Shown here: piece by piece, positions 16,984 to 26,522 of the stretch
Layout: each line of letters opens with the position of its first letter
Numbering within the stretch: position 1 is the stretch's first letter
Origin: Candidatus Komeilibacteria bacterium
GTDB taxonomy: Bacteria; Patescibacteriota; Patescibacteriia; UBA1558; 2-01-FULL-52-15
NCBI GenBank assembly: GCA_043801745.1
Contig: JAZDLR010000011.1
Location: forward strand, 1 to 63,715
Length of the DNA stretch: 63,715 nt
Direction: 5' to 3'
Made by a program: the position numbers and the translations under genes
Notes under the pieces: model-generated
The model's input: the letters and a program-made list of their open reading frames with translations, nothing else
The model's database searches: none
Told to the model about the DNA's origin: nothing

Positions 16984-17178
16984 TCAGCCGTTCTCGTAGC
17001 CAGCGTTGCCGACCTTGTTGATCACTCCGCCGATACCGATGACGAGAGTGACCAGGCCAAGGAGCGCACTGACCCCGTTCCAGAACGACGGAAAGGCCTG
17101 CGTGTAGGCCAGGCCCAGACCCGAAACTCCGGCGGCCAGCATCAGCATGATAAAGATGTACGACCAGTGGCCTCTCAT
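16984..17178 (-). CDS. 64-aa two-TM membrane protein
   Basis: SD GGAGGTG. This is the first gene downstream of the island promoter and has two hydrophobic helices. Confidence 0.65.
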   Translation of the reverse strand: MRGHWSYIFIMLMLAAGVSGLGLAYTQAFPSFWNGVSALLGLVTLVIGIGGVINKVGNAGYENG

Positions 17179-17214
17179 TTACTCACCTCCAGGTTGGAAA
17201 GGAACCTTATCTAA

Positions 17215-17277
17215 CCCCGTTAGAGATACTTGTTAAGTGATTTTTTGAGTATCTTAGCCTAAGCTTCTCTAACGGGG
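17215..17277 (-). repeat. leader hairpin with 12-bp arms CCCCGTTAGAGA / TCTCTAACGGGG
   Basis: Perfect 12-bp inverted repeat with inner arms AGATACT/AGTATCT and outer arms TATCTAA/TTAGATA. It lies between the island promoter and the first SD. Confidence 0.6.
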
Positions 17278-17300
17278 CTAACCTTAGATATTAACAGGTG

Positions 17301-17329
17301 ATTATAGCACTAATACAATAGCCTGTCAA
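17301..17329 (-). promoter_or_regulatory. consensus sigma70 promoter driving the high-GC island
   Basis: The minus strand reads TTGACA (17324-17329), a 17-nt spacer, then TATAAT (17301-17306). Confidence 0.7.
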
Positions 17330-17376
17330 GTGGCATAGGCTTGCCCAAAATAGGCGTATTACCTATACTATAATCT

Positions 17377-18264
17377 ATGAAAAAATCTTCAATTTTGGCC
17401 ATAATTATCGGCTTGATAGTAGTGGCCGCTATCTGCTATTTGGCTTTTCAGCAGCCGTTTAAGCCAGTTGCCTGCCCGCAAGATGCTAAACTATGTCCCG
17501 ATGGCACACCGGTCGGCCGTGTTGGCCGCAAGTGCGAATTTGCCCCTTGCCCCAATAAGCCGCAGCAGAACATTACTGTTACTGAGCCAGTAGCTGATCA
17601 GGAGATTGGCCTGCCATTAGTAATTGCCGGACAGGCTCGGGTTTTTGAAAATGTTATGAACTACCGGCTCAAAGATGCTGATGGTTCAGTTTTGGTTGAA
17701 GGTATTACCGGTGCAGCAGCGCCGGATATTGGTCAGTTTGGACCTTACAGGGTGTTAATATCGTATCCGCAGCCTAAAGGAAAAATCGGAACAGTAGAAG
17801 TATTTAGTCATTCAGCCAAAGACGGCAGCGAAATTAATAAGACTGTAGTCCCGGTTAGATTTGCTGACGTCGAATCACAGACAGTTAGAGTTTTTTTCGG
17901 TAATAGCGTGAAAGATCCTAATGTTCCTGATTGCGCCAAGGTATTTCCTGTGGAGCGTCGCATTGCTAAAACTACCGCTGTGGCCCGCGCTGCTCTGGAA
18001 CAGCTGCTAATGGGTACTAGTTTTAATGATTTGAATCAAGGCTACTTTACCAGCATAAATTCTGGTGTGGTGATTAACTCCTTAACTATTGATAAGGGCG
18101 TGGCCAAGGTTGACTTTAATGATTTGTTGCAAGCCGGTGTGGGTGGTTCCTGCCGTGTCACAGCTATCCGCTCTCAGATTGAAGCCACTTTGAAACAATT
18201 TTCCACGGTTAAAACTGTTGTCCTTTCTATTAATGGTCAGTCTGCGGACATTCTGCAACCCTAA
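17377..18264 (+). CDS. Gmad2 Ig-like + GerMN domain protein (membrane-anchored)
   Basis: N-terminal TM, then a 'LVIAGQARVFENVMNYRLKD' Ig-like segment, then the GerMN-like 'VRVFFGN...AKTTAVARAALEQLLMG'. Confidence 0.6.
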   Translation: MKKSSILAIIIGLIVVAAICYLAFQQPFKPVACPQDAKLCPDGTPVGRVGRKCEFAPCPNKPQQNITVTEPVADQEIGLPLVIAGQARVFENVMNYRLKDADGSVLVEGITGAAAPDIGQFGPYRVLISYPQPKGKIGTVEVFSHSAKDGSEINKTVVPVRFADVESQTVRVFFGNSVKDPNVPDCAKVFPVERRIAKTTAVARAALEQLLMGTSFNDLNQGYFTSINSGVVINSLTIDKGVAKVDFNDLLQAGVGGSCRVTAIRSQIEATLKQFSTVKTVVLSINGQSADILQP

Positions 18265-18294
18265 CCCCGAACCGCAACACCAGTGAGGTGAATC

Positions 18295-18450
18295 ATGGCA
18301 GATTTGGTGCAATGGACCTGGTGGAATTTCGTCTGCTCTACCTGCTGTCGGCTGTTCTACAGCGGTGCCAAGTCGCTGGCTGAGCTGCCAACGGAAGTCA
18401 AGTGTCCTTGGTGTGACCATGTGGAACAACTCAACCGGCCGGCTGTCTGA
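18295..18450 (+). CDS. 51-aa zinc-ribbon mini-protein (not in ORF track)
   Basis: My own translation is MADLVQWTWWNFVCSTCCRLFYSGAKSLAELPTEVKCPWCDHVEQLNRPAV. GAGGTG SD, high GC, with CxxC and CxxC pairs. Confidence 0.5.
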   Translation: MADLVQWTWWNFVCSTCCRLFYSGAKSLAELPTEVKCPWCDHVEQLNRPAV

Positions 18451-18463
18451 AAAACCGGCTAGA

Positions 18464-18492
18464 GATCCCGTTAAGCTGTGCTTGGCGGGGTC
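18464..18492 (+). terminator. hairpin after the zinc-ribbon mini-gene
   Basis: GATCCCGTTAAGC-tgt-GCTTGGCGGGGTC forms a 13-bp stem whose 3 G.U pairs form only in plus-strand RNA. The U tract is weak. Confidence 0.45.
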
Positions 18493-18550
18493 TTCATTAA
18501 TTGCGCAATTTATTTTGAAATAATCGCCAGAATATTGTATAATAATCTTT

Positions 18551-20149
18551 ATGGAATTATCCCAGGGCATCAAGGATTTATATCAGCGCCTGGCAGCTAT
18601 TCAACGCTCTCAAGCGGTTGACCCGGACGTTAGTAAAATTGAGGTTGATGAAATAGCTAGCCGTTTAGCTACTCTTTACGAACAGATCCGTAACACCATT
18701 GATTACCGCGAAGATTACCTGCTGCGGCGTTTTGCGATTCAGCGCTATTTGCGCCAGCAACTCATGGGCGGCGAGCTGCATTCCGAGATGGGCCGTCCGC
18801 TTCTGGAGTCTCTGATCCGCGGTAAGTACTTGCCCAATGCTACTTTACCCGAGACTATTATTCCTGAGGTAGAGAATATTCTGGATAAATACGGCACTTT
18901 ACTGCAGCGCCTAGATAATCACAATTATGACCGCACCCAACGTAGGCATTATCAGGATTTCCTGGTTGGCATTATGGCCTGCGAGATTGATCTTTTTTTG
19001 TCACCGGAATTTAAAAATGACGCACTGATTGAAGCGGCTTATTTGTTTGTTAAAGACCGGGTGAAAATCAAGGGTGAAGGTTTATCTATCAGAGAGAAAA
19101 ATATTCAGCTGTACATTGCCCTGCATAAGGATTTAGTTATTTCCGATGAACATATTATTCGCTTTCATTTATTTCAGCTGTACTTCCCTGACTGGATGCA
19201 GGCTGATGATCGATTGATTGCTTTTGTCGCCGATAAGTTCCCCAGTATTTATTTAGGTATTAAGGAGCATCTGAACTATCCAGATGGCTCCAAGATCCGG
19301 GCAGCGATGCGTAAAGAGCTGGCTATTTTCAAGATTCTAAAAGATATTGTTTTTAATCCTACCTTGGAGCTGACCGAACTACTGGCGGATCCGGAACAGT
19401 TAAAGCTGGAAGCTACTAAAGCGCTGACGGCCCTGAATAAGCGCGTCCGGCGGAAAATACGCCGCAGTTCCTGGCGGGCGATTTTTTATATCTTTCTGAC
19501 CAAGATGATTCTGGCCGTGATTTTGGAGTATCCTTATGATTTAATCACCCTGCATCAGGTAAATTGGATCCCGCTGACGATCAATGTGGTGTTTCCTCCG
19601 CTACTGATGTTTTTTGTGGCGCTCTCGGTCCATATGCCTAGCAACGCCAATAGTCAGGCTATTATTGAGACCTTTATGGGTTACGTTTACAATACACCGG
19701 AAACTCATACCTTAATTTTGCTGAGCAGCAAGAAACGCCGTTCGGCTATCTTCTTGAGTTTTCTTTACGCCCTCTATATTATTTTATACCTGGCGGTCTT
19801 CGGGCTGATTATTTACTGGTTGCGGCGCTGGCAGTTTAACATTATGAGTGGCGGCTTATTCATTTTCTTTGTCACCGTGGTAAGCTTCTTTGCTACCCGT
19901 ATCCGCCAGCAAGCTAGGGAGTTTAGTGTGGTTAAGAAACGCCAAAGTCTTTTGGGCTTTTTCCTGAATTTTTTCTCTCTGCCGATCGTCAAGCTGGGGC
20001 ATATGCTATCCAGTAACATTAGCCGTATTAATATTTTCATTTTCATTTTTGATTTTGTTTTGGAAGCGCCGATAAAATTGATTGTCACTGTACTGGAGAA
20101 TCTTTTCGGTTTTGTCCGTGAGAAGCGAGAGGAAATATATAAGGAATAG
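18551..20149 (+). CDS. multi-pass membrane protein with N-terminal soluble domain, function unknown
   Basis: 532-aa ORF with several C-terminal TM helices. I recognise no motif. Confidence 0.7.
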   Translation: MELSQGIKDLYQRLAAIQRSQAVDPDVSKIEVDEIASRLATLYEQIRNTIDYREDYLLRRFAIQRYLRQQLMGGELHSEMGRPLLESLIRGKYLPNATLPETIIPEVENILDKYGTLLQRLDNHNYDRTQRRHYQDFLVGIMACEIDLFLSPEFKNDALIEAAYLFVKDRVKIKGEGLSIREKNIQLYIALHKDLVISDEHIIRFHLFQLYFPDWMQADDRLIAFVADKFPSIYLGIKEHLNYPDGSKIRAAMRKELAIFKILKDIVFNPTLELTELLADPEQLKLEATKALTALNKRVRRKIRRSSWRAIFYIFLTKMILAVILEYPYDLITLHQVNWIPLTINVVFPPLLMFFVALSVHMPSNANSQAIIETFMGYVYNTPETHTLILLSSKKRRSAIFLSFLYALYIILYLAVFGLIIYWLRRWQFNIMSGGLFIFFVTVVSFFATRIRQQAREFSVVKKRQSLLGFFLNFFSLPIVKLGHMLSSNISRINIFIFIFDFVLEAPIKLIVTVLENLFGFVREKREEIYKE

Positions 20150-20263
20150 GTTGTCCGCCTCGGCTGCGCCGAAGGCGAGACGGGTAGGCATTAGGCGTTA
20201 GCTTCTTAGCAGATCTTGGTCCGACTACAACCTACAAGCTAATTCCTAAAACCTAATACAAAT

Positions 20264-21268
20264 ATGTTGGGAAACAAAACAATTACAACCATAGGCAGTG
20301 CGGTAATGGATATAATGTTTTATTCCGAGGAATTCAACATTATCAATAATAGTAAAGATGTTACCCGCAAGAAATTACTGGGTTTTGAATTTGGCGCCAA
20401 GATAATCAGTGATGACGTACATTTTACTCATGGCGGCGGCGCCGTTAACGCTGCTGTAACTTTTGCGCGGCAAGGATTACCGGTTCAGGTACTTAGTTGT
20501 GTCGGAAATGATGAAGCTGGCAGGGATATAATCGGTTTACTGCGCCACAATCACATCGGTCATCAGTTAGTTCAGATCAGCCGAGATAAGCATACAGCGG
20601 TTTCCTGGATTGTGAATTCCACTAAGCTGGCTGACCATATAGCCTTCTTTTACCCCGGCGCCAGATCAGAGCTAGAAATCTCGCCGCGGACAGTAAAAGC
20701 TCTCCGTACTCCGTGGATTTATTGTACCTCCTTAACCGGTGTCAAGAAGCTGCCCCAAGCTCTGCAAGCATTATTTATACACGCCGCAAAGCACGATCAG
20801 CGTTTGGCTTGGAATCCGGGCGTGGGTGAACTGGAGTTGGGTTATTCTAAGCTGAAAAAACTTTTTGCCCTGACTTACGTCTTAATAGTGAATTTGGATG
20901 AAGCTTTACAACTATTGCAATCAGCCGGCGTCAAACATCTGGCTACATTGCCGCCCAGAGGCGTAGTCAAGAAGCTACATTCACTGGGCCAAACGATAAC
21001 AGTCGTGACCAATGGCGAAAAAGGAGCTTATGTCTATGATGGACGGACTTTGCTATTTAAATCTGCGCTGAAAAATATCAAGGTGGTAAATACCGCCGGC
21101 GCCGGTGATGCCTTTGGCTCCGGTCTCGTCAGCGGCCTGATCCGCTATAAGGGCAATGTCAGCCGGGCATTGAGCTTGGCGGTCTACAATTCCGGTTCGG
21201 TCGTGACTCATTATGGCGCTCAAGCTGGAATTTTGACTACAGCTAAAATCCAGTCGCTAAATCTCTGA
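20264..21268 (+). CDS. PfkB-family carbohydrate kinase
   Basis: 'GGGAVNAA' plus the C-terminal signature 'NTAGAGDAFGSG'. Confidence 0.8.
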   Translation: MLGNKTITTIGSAVMDIMFYSEEFNIINNSKDVTRKKLLGFEFGAKIISDDVHFTHGGGAVNAAVTFARQGLPVQVLSCVGNDEAGRDIIGLLRHNHIGHQLVQISRDKHTAVSWIVNSTKLADHIAFFYPGARSELEISPRTVKALRTPWIYCTSLTGVKKLPQALQALFIHAAKHDQRLAWNPGVGELELGYSKLKKLFALTYVLIVNLDEALQLLQSAGVKHLATLPPRGVVKKLHSLGQTITVVTNGEKGAYVYDGRTLLFKSALKNIKVVNTAGAGDAFGSGLVSGLIRYKGNVSRALSLAVYNSGSVVTHYGAQAGILTTAKIQSLNL

Positions 21269-21269
21269 A

Positions 21270-21692
21270 ATGGCCAGTCCTATATTTGCCGGGCTGGCAT
21301 TTTTTTGGCTGGCCCCGGTTCAGGCACAAGATAATTTAACTGCCACTGCCCTGCCCACAACAACCGCCGCTGTGCTGGACCGTCAATTACAGCAAGCCAT
21401 CGATGAACTGCAGGCCATAAAGAATCATCAGGCTGTAACTCCCTGGTCGATGTTTCATTGGTCAGAACCCCGTTTATGGCTGCTGCTGCTAATTTTAGTG
21501 GCAGTTTTATTATTGCTTATTTACGTGCGGCAACGGACTTTACGGCCGGTCAAGCCAACACCGCTCAATTTAATAGAGAACGTAGTGTTGCCGGCTTTAC
21601 CCCGGCTGTCTAAGCAGGTCAAAGTCCGGCCGGTTAAGGCGCAAAAACGCAGCGTCCGGCGTCGTCCGCCGAACAGTAGTTTAAACCCTTGA
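21270..21692 (+). CDS. secreted/membrane protein, function unknown
   Basis: Signal-like N-terminus, central TM 'LWLLLLILVAVLLLLIYV', basic tail. Confidence 0.55.
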   Translation: MASPIFAGLAFFWLAPVQAQDNLTATALPTTTAAVLDRQLQQAIDELQAIKNHQAVTPWSMFHWSEPRLWLLLLILVAVLLLLIYVRQRTLRPVKPTPLNLIENVVLPALPRLSKQVKVRPVKAQKRSVRRRPPNSSLNP

Positions 21693-21713
21693 TTTCTGCT
21701 AGACTGTCTGCGT

Positions 21714-23408
21714 ATGAAATGGCAATTGGTACCAGCTACCAATGATATACCTTATGAAGATTATCCGGAGATTCCTGCTCCGGTTGTTCGTATTCTCTGG
21801 AACCGCGGCCTAACCACACAGAGCGGCATTGATCATTGGTTGCACCCGGAATACGCCACTGACTGTCTTGACCCTTATTTATTCCGTGCTATGCGCCTTG
21901 CCGTGGATCGAATTTTTCAAGCCCGCGAGCAGCAGGAAAAGGTGGTGATTCACGGTGATTATGACGCTGACGGAGTTGCGGCGGCCACAATTCTGTATAC
22001 AGTTTTGCTCAATCTCGGACTGTCGGTTGAGGTTTTTTTACCGCACCGCGAAAAAGATGGCTATGGGTTAAATCCCCATACCATTGAAGATCTCAAATCA
22101 CAGGGAGCGCAGCTGATTATTACCTGTGACTGCGGCATCAGTAACCGAGATGAGGTAGCCTTAGCTAAAACTCTGGACATTGATGTTATTATTACTGACC
22201 ATCATCAGGTGCCGGAAATATTACCCGAAGCCGTTGCTATTATTCATCCGCGCGTCAAAGGAGAAACTTATCCCTTTATCGAGTTAGCCGGCGGAGGGGT
22301 AGCCTTTAAATTAGCTCAAGGGATAATTCATGATCAGCGCTCCGGCTGGAACGAACGTCAGATCGAGGCGCAAGAAAAATGGCTACTGGATTTGGTGGCC
22401 ATCTCTACTGTGGCTGATATGGTTTCTCTGACCGGTGAAAATCGCGCCCTGGTCAAGTACGGCTTAATGGTTCTACGCAAGAATAAGCGGCTGGGATTGG
22501 CCGCCTTGCTGGAAACGGCGAAATTAGAGCCGCAACAGGTCAGTGAACAGTCAATCAGTTTTCAGATTGCGCCGCGTCTGAATGCTGCCGGCCGTATGGA
22601 TCACGCCAGCGGAGCCTTTTATTTATTAATTGAATCTGATCCGGCTAAGGCGGCTCAGCTGGCTCAGGCTTTAAATGACGCCAATACCCGCCGTCAAAAG
22701 GAAACCGAAACCATGTTCCGCAGTGCTCTGGCACAAAATCCCGATTCCAGCCAGGACGCCTTATTTTTTTACGATGATCGTTGGCCCTTAGGCCTAACCG
22801 GTTTGGTAGCCGGACGCTTGGTTAAGCACTACAACCGTCCCTGCTTTGTTCTTGGTCATGACGGAGATAAAATTGTCGGTTCAGGCCGCAGTATACCGGG
22901 TCTGGATATTTATCAGGCTGTGAAGCAGGCCGAAGAGTTGCTGATTGCCTTTGGCGGCCATAGTCAGGCCTGTGGTTTTCGACTACCGACAGACCAACTA
23001 AAAATATTTCAGGACCGCGTCACTAATTATGTACGTCAGCGGTTGCCCGATTTGGACACTGTTCCCGAATTGACCATTGATACTACTTTGATGCTTCCTG
23101 ATATTAATTGGGAGCTGCTGGATTATCTGGCCTTTTTTCCGCCTTTTGGACTGGGAAATGAGCAGCCGCTGTTTATGACTGCCGACGTAACTGTTAATTC
23201 CGCCATCATGGTTGGTAAGGATCTCAATCATTGGAAACTGTCGGTGGAGCAGGCAGGACGTAAACTCCCGGCTATTGCTTTTGATCAGAAACACCTAAGC
23301 TTGAAAGTGGCCGATCATATTGATATGGTATATGCAGTTACTATTAATGAGTGGAATGGCAACCGGGAGATACAATTACAAATTAAGGACATCAAGCCTC
23401 ATGAGTAA
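21714..23408 (+). CDS. recJ: single-stranded-DNA-specific exonuclease RecJ
   Basis: DHH motifs 'VIHGDYDADGV', 'ITCDCG' and 'IITDHH'; DHHA1 'GGHSQACG'. Confidence 0.9.
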   Translation: MKWQLVPATNDIPYEDYPEIPAPVVRILWNRGLTTQSGIDHWLHPEYATDCLDPYLFRAMRLAVDRIFQAREQQEKVVIHGDYDADGVAAATILYTVLLNLGLSVEVFLPHREKDGYGLNPHTIEDLKSQGAQLIITCDCGISNRDEVALAKTLDIDVIITDHHQVPEILPEAVAIIHPRVKGETYPFIELAGGGVAFKLAQGIIHDQRSGWNERQIEAQEKWLLDLVAISTVADMVSLTGENRALVKYGLMVLRKNKRLGLAALLETAKLEPQQVSEQSISFQIAPRLNAAGRMDHASGAFYLLIESDPAKAAQLAQALNDANTRRQKETETMFRSALAQNPDSSQDALFFYDDRWPLGLTGLVAGRLVKHYNRPCFVLGHDGDKIVGSGRSIPGLDIYQAVKQAEELLIAFGGHSQACGFRLPTDQLKIFQDRVTNYVRQRLPDLDTVPELTIDTTLMLPDINWELLDYLAFFPPFGLGNEQPLFMTADVTVNSAIMVGKDLNHWKLSVEQAGRKLPAIAFDQKHLSLKVADHIDMVYAVTINEWNGNREIQLQIKDIKPHE

Positions 23409-23814
23409 AATTTCATTATATACTGACGGCGGAGCACGCGGCAATCCTGGCCCGGCTGCCATCGGTGTGGTAGCTTATTCCGGAACTGAGCAGCTCTGGA
23501 CTATTAAACGCTATATTGGTGAGACAACAAATAATCAAGCTGAATACCAGGCTTTGATTGCCGGACTGACTAAAGCCGCTGGTAGCAGTAACGAGCTTAG
23601 TTGCTATCTTGATAGTGAGTTGGTGGTGAAACAGTTGCGGGGGGAATACCGCGTTAAAGACCGCGGTTTGCAGCCTTTGGTTCGTCAGGTTGTCACTTTG
23701 CTACAAAAATTTTCTGCCGTCAATTTCCATCACATTGCCAGAGAAAAAAATAAAGTGGCTGATCATTTGGTCAATGAAGCCCTTGACGAGCATTTAGCTA
23801 AATCATCCAAGTAA
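23401..23814 (+). CDS. rnhA: ribonuclease HI
   Basis: 'LYTDGGARGNPGPAAIG' and 'NNQAEYQALIAGL'. The ATG at 23401 overlaps the recJ stop (ATGAGTAA). Confidence 0.85.
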   Translation: MSKISLYTDGGARGNPGPAAIGVVAYSGTEQLWTIKRYIGETTNNQAEYQALIAGLTKAAGSSNELSCYLDSELVVKQLRGEYRVKDRGLQPLVRQVVTLLQKFSAVNFHHIAREKNKVADHLVNEALDEHLAKSSK

Positions 23815-23829
23815 TAGTACAGTAACATT

Positions 23830-24861
23830 ATGGCAGCAGATTATGGACCCTGGCCAGTATATGGCCAGACCAGACAAATAAAAATTTTACAGCAAGCCGT
23901 TAGCAGCGGCAATTTATCGCATGCGTATTTACTTTACGGTCTCCGGGGATTGGGCAAAAAATATATAACTCAATGCCTGTTGCAGCAACTTTTTTGTGAA
24001 CGGGGAACTGCTGCCTGTCAGGATTGTCCGGCCGGCCGTCGCATTTTAGCTCATACCCATTCGGACGTAATGTACCTACCGTTGCCACAAGCTACGGCAA
24101 TTTCGGTTGATGATATTCGAACTGTAACGCACTTTGTCAGCCGCTCCAGCGAAAGTAGCCAAGGCTATAAATGTGTCGTTATTGAGCGCGCTGAGTATCT
24201 GACTTCGGAAGCCAGTAATGCTTTACTTAAAATTTTAGAAGAAGCACCGCCGCGGGTAATTATTTTCCTTTTAGCGCAGCACGTCTCGGCTATCATACCG
24301 ACTATTAGGTCGCGTTGTACCTTACTTAAGCTCTTGCCCCTGACCGACAGTGAAATGCGCGGCTGGTTGAGTCAATTCAAATTACCCGCGGAGCAAGAAG
24401 ATATTGTCCTAGCTATAGCCATGGGTCGCCCGGGACGGGCCTTAGATTTAATTGCTGACAATACAGTTGAATATCGCCGCTCAATTGACACCAGCTGGCA
24501 GCTAGTCCGCAATTCTACGGCTGACAATTTTGCCTGGCTGAAGCGTTGGCAGACCGAACTTAATAGTCAGCTTAAGGCCGGTAAATGGTTTAGTTCCTCC
24601 GAGCAGAGTTTAGAAAGAATAAATTATTTGGAATTAGTATTGAGGGATTTAATTTTAGGTGCTATTAATCCCACTTTTATCCTGAATAATTTTATGGCTG
24701 CTGAATTACAGCAGGAATTACGTCGTTTAACCTTAGCCCAGTTACTGTCCCTGATGGCAGCCCTGCGTCAATTGCGTTATAATATACGGCAGAACGTCAA
24801 TGTTACCCTGGCTTGGGAATATTTTTTCTTACAAATCAATCAACTAAAACAAACCGCATGA
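23830..24861 (+). CDS. holB: DNA polymerase III subunit delta'
   Basis: 'HAYLLYGLRGLGKK', 'NALLKILEEAPP' and 'TIRSRC'. Confidence 0.8.
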   Translation: MAADYGPWPVYGQTRQIKILQQAVSSGNLSHAYLLYGLRGLGKKYITQCLLQQLFCERGTAACQDCPAGRRILAHTHSDVMYLPLPQATAISVDDIRTVTHFVSRSSESSQGYKCVVIERAEYLTSEASNALLKILEEAPPRVIIFLLAQHVSAIIPTIRSRCTLLKLLPLTDSEMRGWLSQFKLPAEQEDIVLAIAMGRPGRALDLIADNTVEYRRSIDTSWQLVRNSTADNFAWLKRWQTELNSQLKAGKWFSSSEQSLERINYLELVLRDLILGAINPTFILNNFMAAELQQELRRLTLAQLLSLMAALRQLRYNIRQNVNVTLAWEYFFLQINQLKQTA

Positions 24862-25961
24862 AAAAAATCATTCTGCTATTAGTCCTGCCGCTGGTGATAT
24901 CAGGCTGTACAATTATTAAAGTTAATAAATCCACTACGCCAGCTTCACAGTCGCAGGCGGCCGCCGTCGGTTTTTATAAAACTATTGATCGGGGTGAAAA
25001 CTGGACGATCAAGAGCAATATTTTAGGTATCAAAGGTGAAGCCAAAAATTTTGCCGGGGTTAATGTCACTGCTGCCGTTATTGACCCGACCGATCCCAAA
25101 ACCATTTACCTAGGAACAGTTGACCGGGGGCTGATGTATTCTACTAATAGTGGCGAGGGCTGGCTGGAAACTTTAACCGGCCTGGGCGTTATTAATGGTA
25201 TTGCTGTTGATCCTGAGTCGCGTTGTACGGTTTATGCCGTTGTTTTTAATAAGGTTTATAAGACTAGTGATTGCAGCCGCTCCTGGAAAATGGTCCAGTT
25301 AAGCTCCTTGGAAGGCGAATATTATTCGGCTATAGCTGTAGATCAACAGAACACCCGGCAAGTTTACGTCGGGACCTCAAAAGGAACTTTACTAATCTCG
25401 CGGGACGCGGGATTTAGCTGGGAAGCGACTAAATATTTTCCCAGCCGGGTCAGTCAGCTAATTGTCAATCCCGCTAAAATCCGGGAAATTTACGTGGCTA
25501 CGGTTTCTTCGGGGGTGTATTTAACCGCTGACAATGGAGTCACCTGGAAAAACCTAGGTGACTTGGAAGTGGAGAATTCTGCTGCCAAGTCAGGCCAACC
25601 GAACCGCAAATTAAAGGACCTAAGCGGTGCAGCTAATTATCTCTCACTGGTCTATGATTATAGCGATTTAGGCAGTTTGCTCTACAGTAACAATTATGGT
25701 ATGTTCAGGCTTACCCCAGGCAATACTTGGCGAGAAATTAGCATTCTCAACAAGCCCAAAGAAGAGCGCATTTTGTCACTGGCTATAAATACCAGCAACG
25801 GTCAGGAAATATTTTTTGTGACCGGTGGGGCTTTTTATCAGAGCAAGGATGCCGGAGTTAACTGGACCGTGCGCAAGTTGCCTACTCCCGGAATTCCACG
25901 CTTACTGTTGATCAACCCGACGAACGCCAATGAACTTTACGTTAGCTTTTATAAAGCTTAA
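24858..25961 (+). CDS. BNR/Asp-box repeat beta-propeller lipoprotein
   Basis: Lipobox 'VISGC'. Repeated SxDxGxxW boxes: 'DRGENW', 'NSGEGW', 'SRDAGFSW', 'TADNGVTW', 'SKDAGVNW'. The start overlaps the holB stop (ATGA). Confidence 0.75.
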   Translation: MKKIILLLVLPLVISGCTIIKVNKSTTPASQSQAAAVGFYKTIDRGENWTIKSNILGIKGEAKNFAGVNVTAAVIDPTDPKTIYLGTVDRGLMYSTNSGEGWLETLTGLGVINGIAVDPESRCTVYAVVFNKVYKTSDCSRSWKMVQLSSLEGEYYSAIAVDQQNTRQVYVGTSKGTLLISRDAGFSWEATKYFPSRVSQLIVNPAKIREIYVATVSSGVYLTADNGVTWKNLGDLEVENSAAKSGQPNRKLKDLSGAANYLSLVYDYSDLGSLLYSNNYGMFRLTPGNTWREISILNKPKEERILSLAINTSNGQEIFFVTGGAFYQSKDAGVNWTVRKLPTPGIPRLLLINPTNANELYVSFYKA

Positions 25962-25966
25962 TAATT

Positions 25967-26518
25967 ATGCAATATAGTGACGAAGCGAAGAAGGAATTTC
26001 AAGCTACCTTAGATCACTTCAAAAGTGATATTTCCGCTCTGCGCACAGGCCGAGTATCGCCTTCAGTAGTTGACGACATTATGGTCGAGGCTTACGGCAG
26101 CAGCATGCCGCTGGTTCAATTAGCAACAATTTCCGCGCCTGAGCCGCGGCTGATTATGATCCAGCCTTGGGATAAAGCTGTGACCAAAAATATTGAGCAA
26201 GCCATTCAGAAAAGTGAATTAAATCTTCAGCCTATTGTGGATCGCGATACTATTCGCTTAAACTTCCCGGCTTTGACCGAGGAAAAACGTAAAGAATTGG
26301 TTAAACTATTAGGTCAGAAAGCTGAGGCAGCGCGCGTTAGTATGCGTCAGCGACGAGAGAAAATTCGTGAACACGTAATAGCCGATCATAAAGACAATAC
26401 CATCAGCGAAGACCAAAAATTCAAAGCTCTCGAGGATCTGGACAAAATAATTAAGGACTGGCACGAACAAATCCGGCTTCTGGCTGAAGCTAAAGAAAAG
26501 GAAGTAATGACAATATAA
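25967..26518 (+). CDS. frr: ribosome recycling factor
   Basis: 'ISALRTGRVSPSVVDDIMVEAYGS'; 183 aa. Confidence 0.9.
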   Translation: MQYSDEAKKEFQATLDHFKSDISALRTGRVSPSVVDDIMVEAYGSSMPLVQLATISAPEPRLIMIQPWDKAVTKNIEQAIQKSELNLQPIVDRDTIRLNFPALTEEKRKELVKLLGQKAEAARVSMRQRREKIREHVIADHKDNTISEDQKFKALEDLDKIIKDWHEQIRLLAEAKEKEVMTI

Positions 26519-26522
26519 ATTT

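Noticed and set aside
13700-17280. Integron-like gene-cassette array, with the intergenic hairpins as attC sites
   Set aside because: The stems are short and lack the RYYYAAC/GTTRRRY core pairs (only 'GTTAAGC' at 18470 fits). No intI-type integrase is in the window. The spacers contain a shared conserved element instead of cassette-specific attC sites.
18082-18573. 163-aa minus-strand ORF
   Set aside because: It is antisense to the GerMN gene 3' end and to the zinc-ribbon mini-gene. It has no SD and an implausible sequence.
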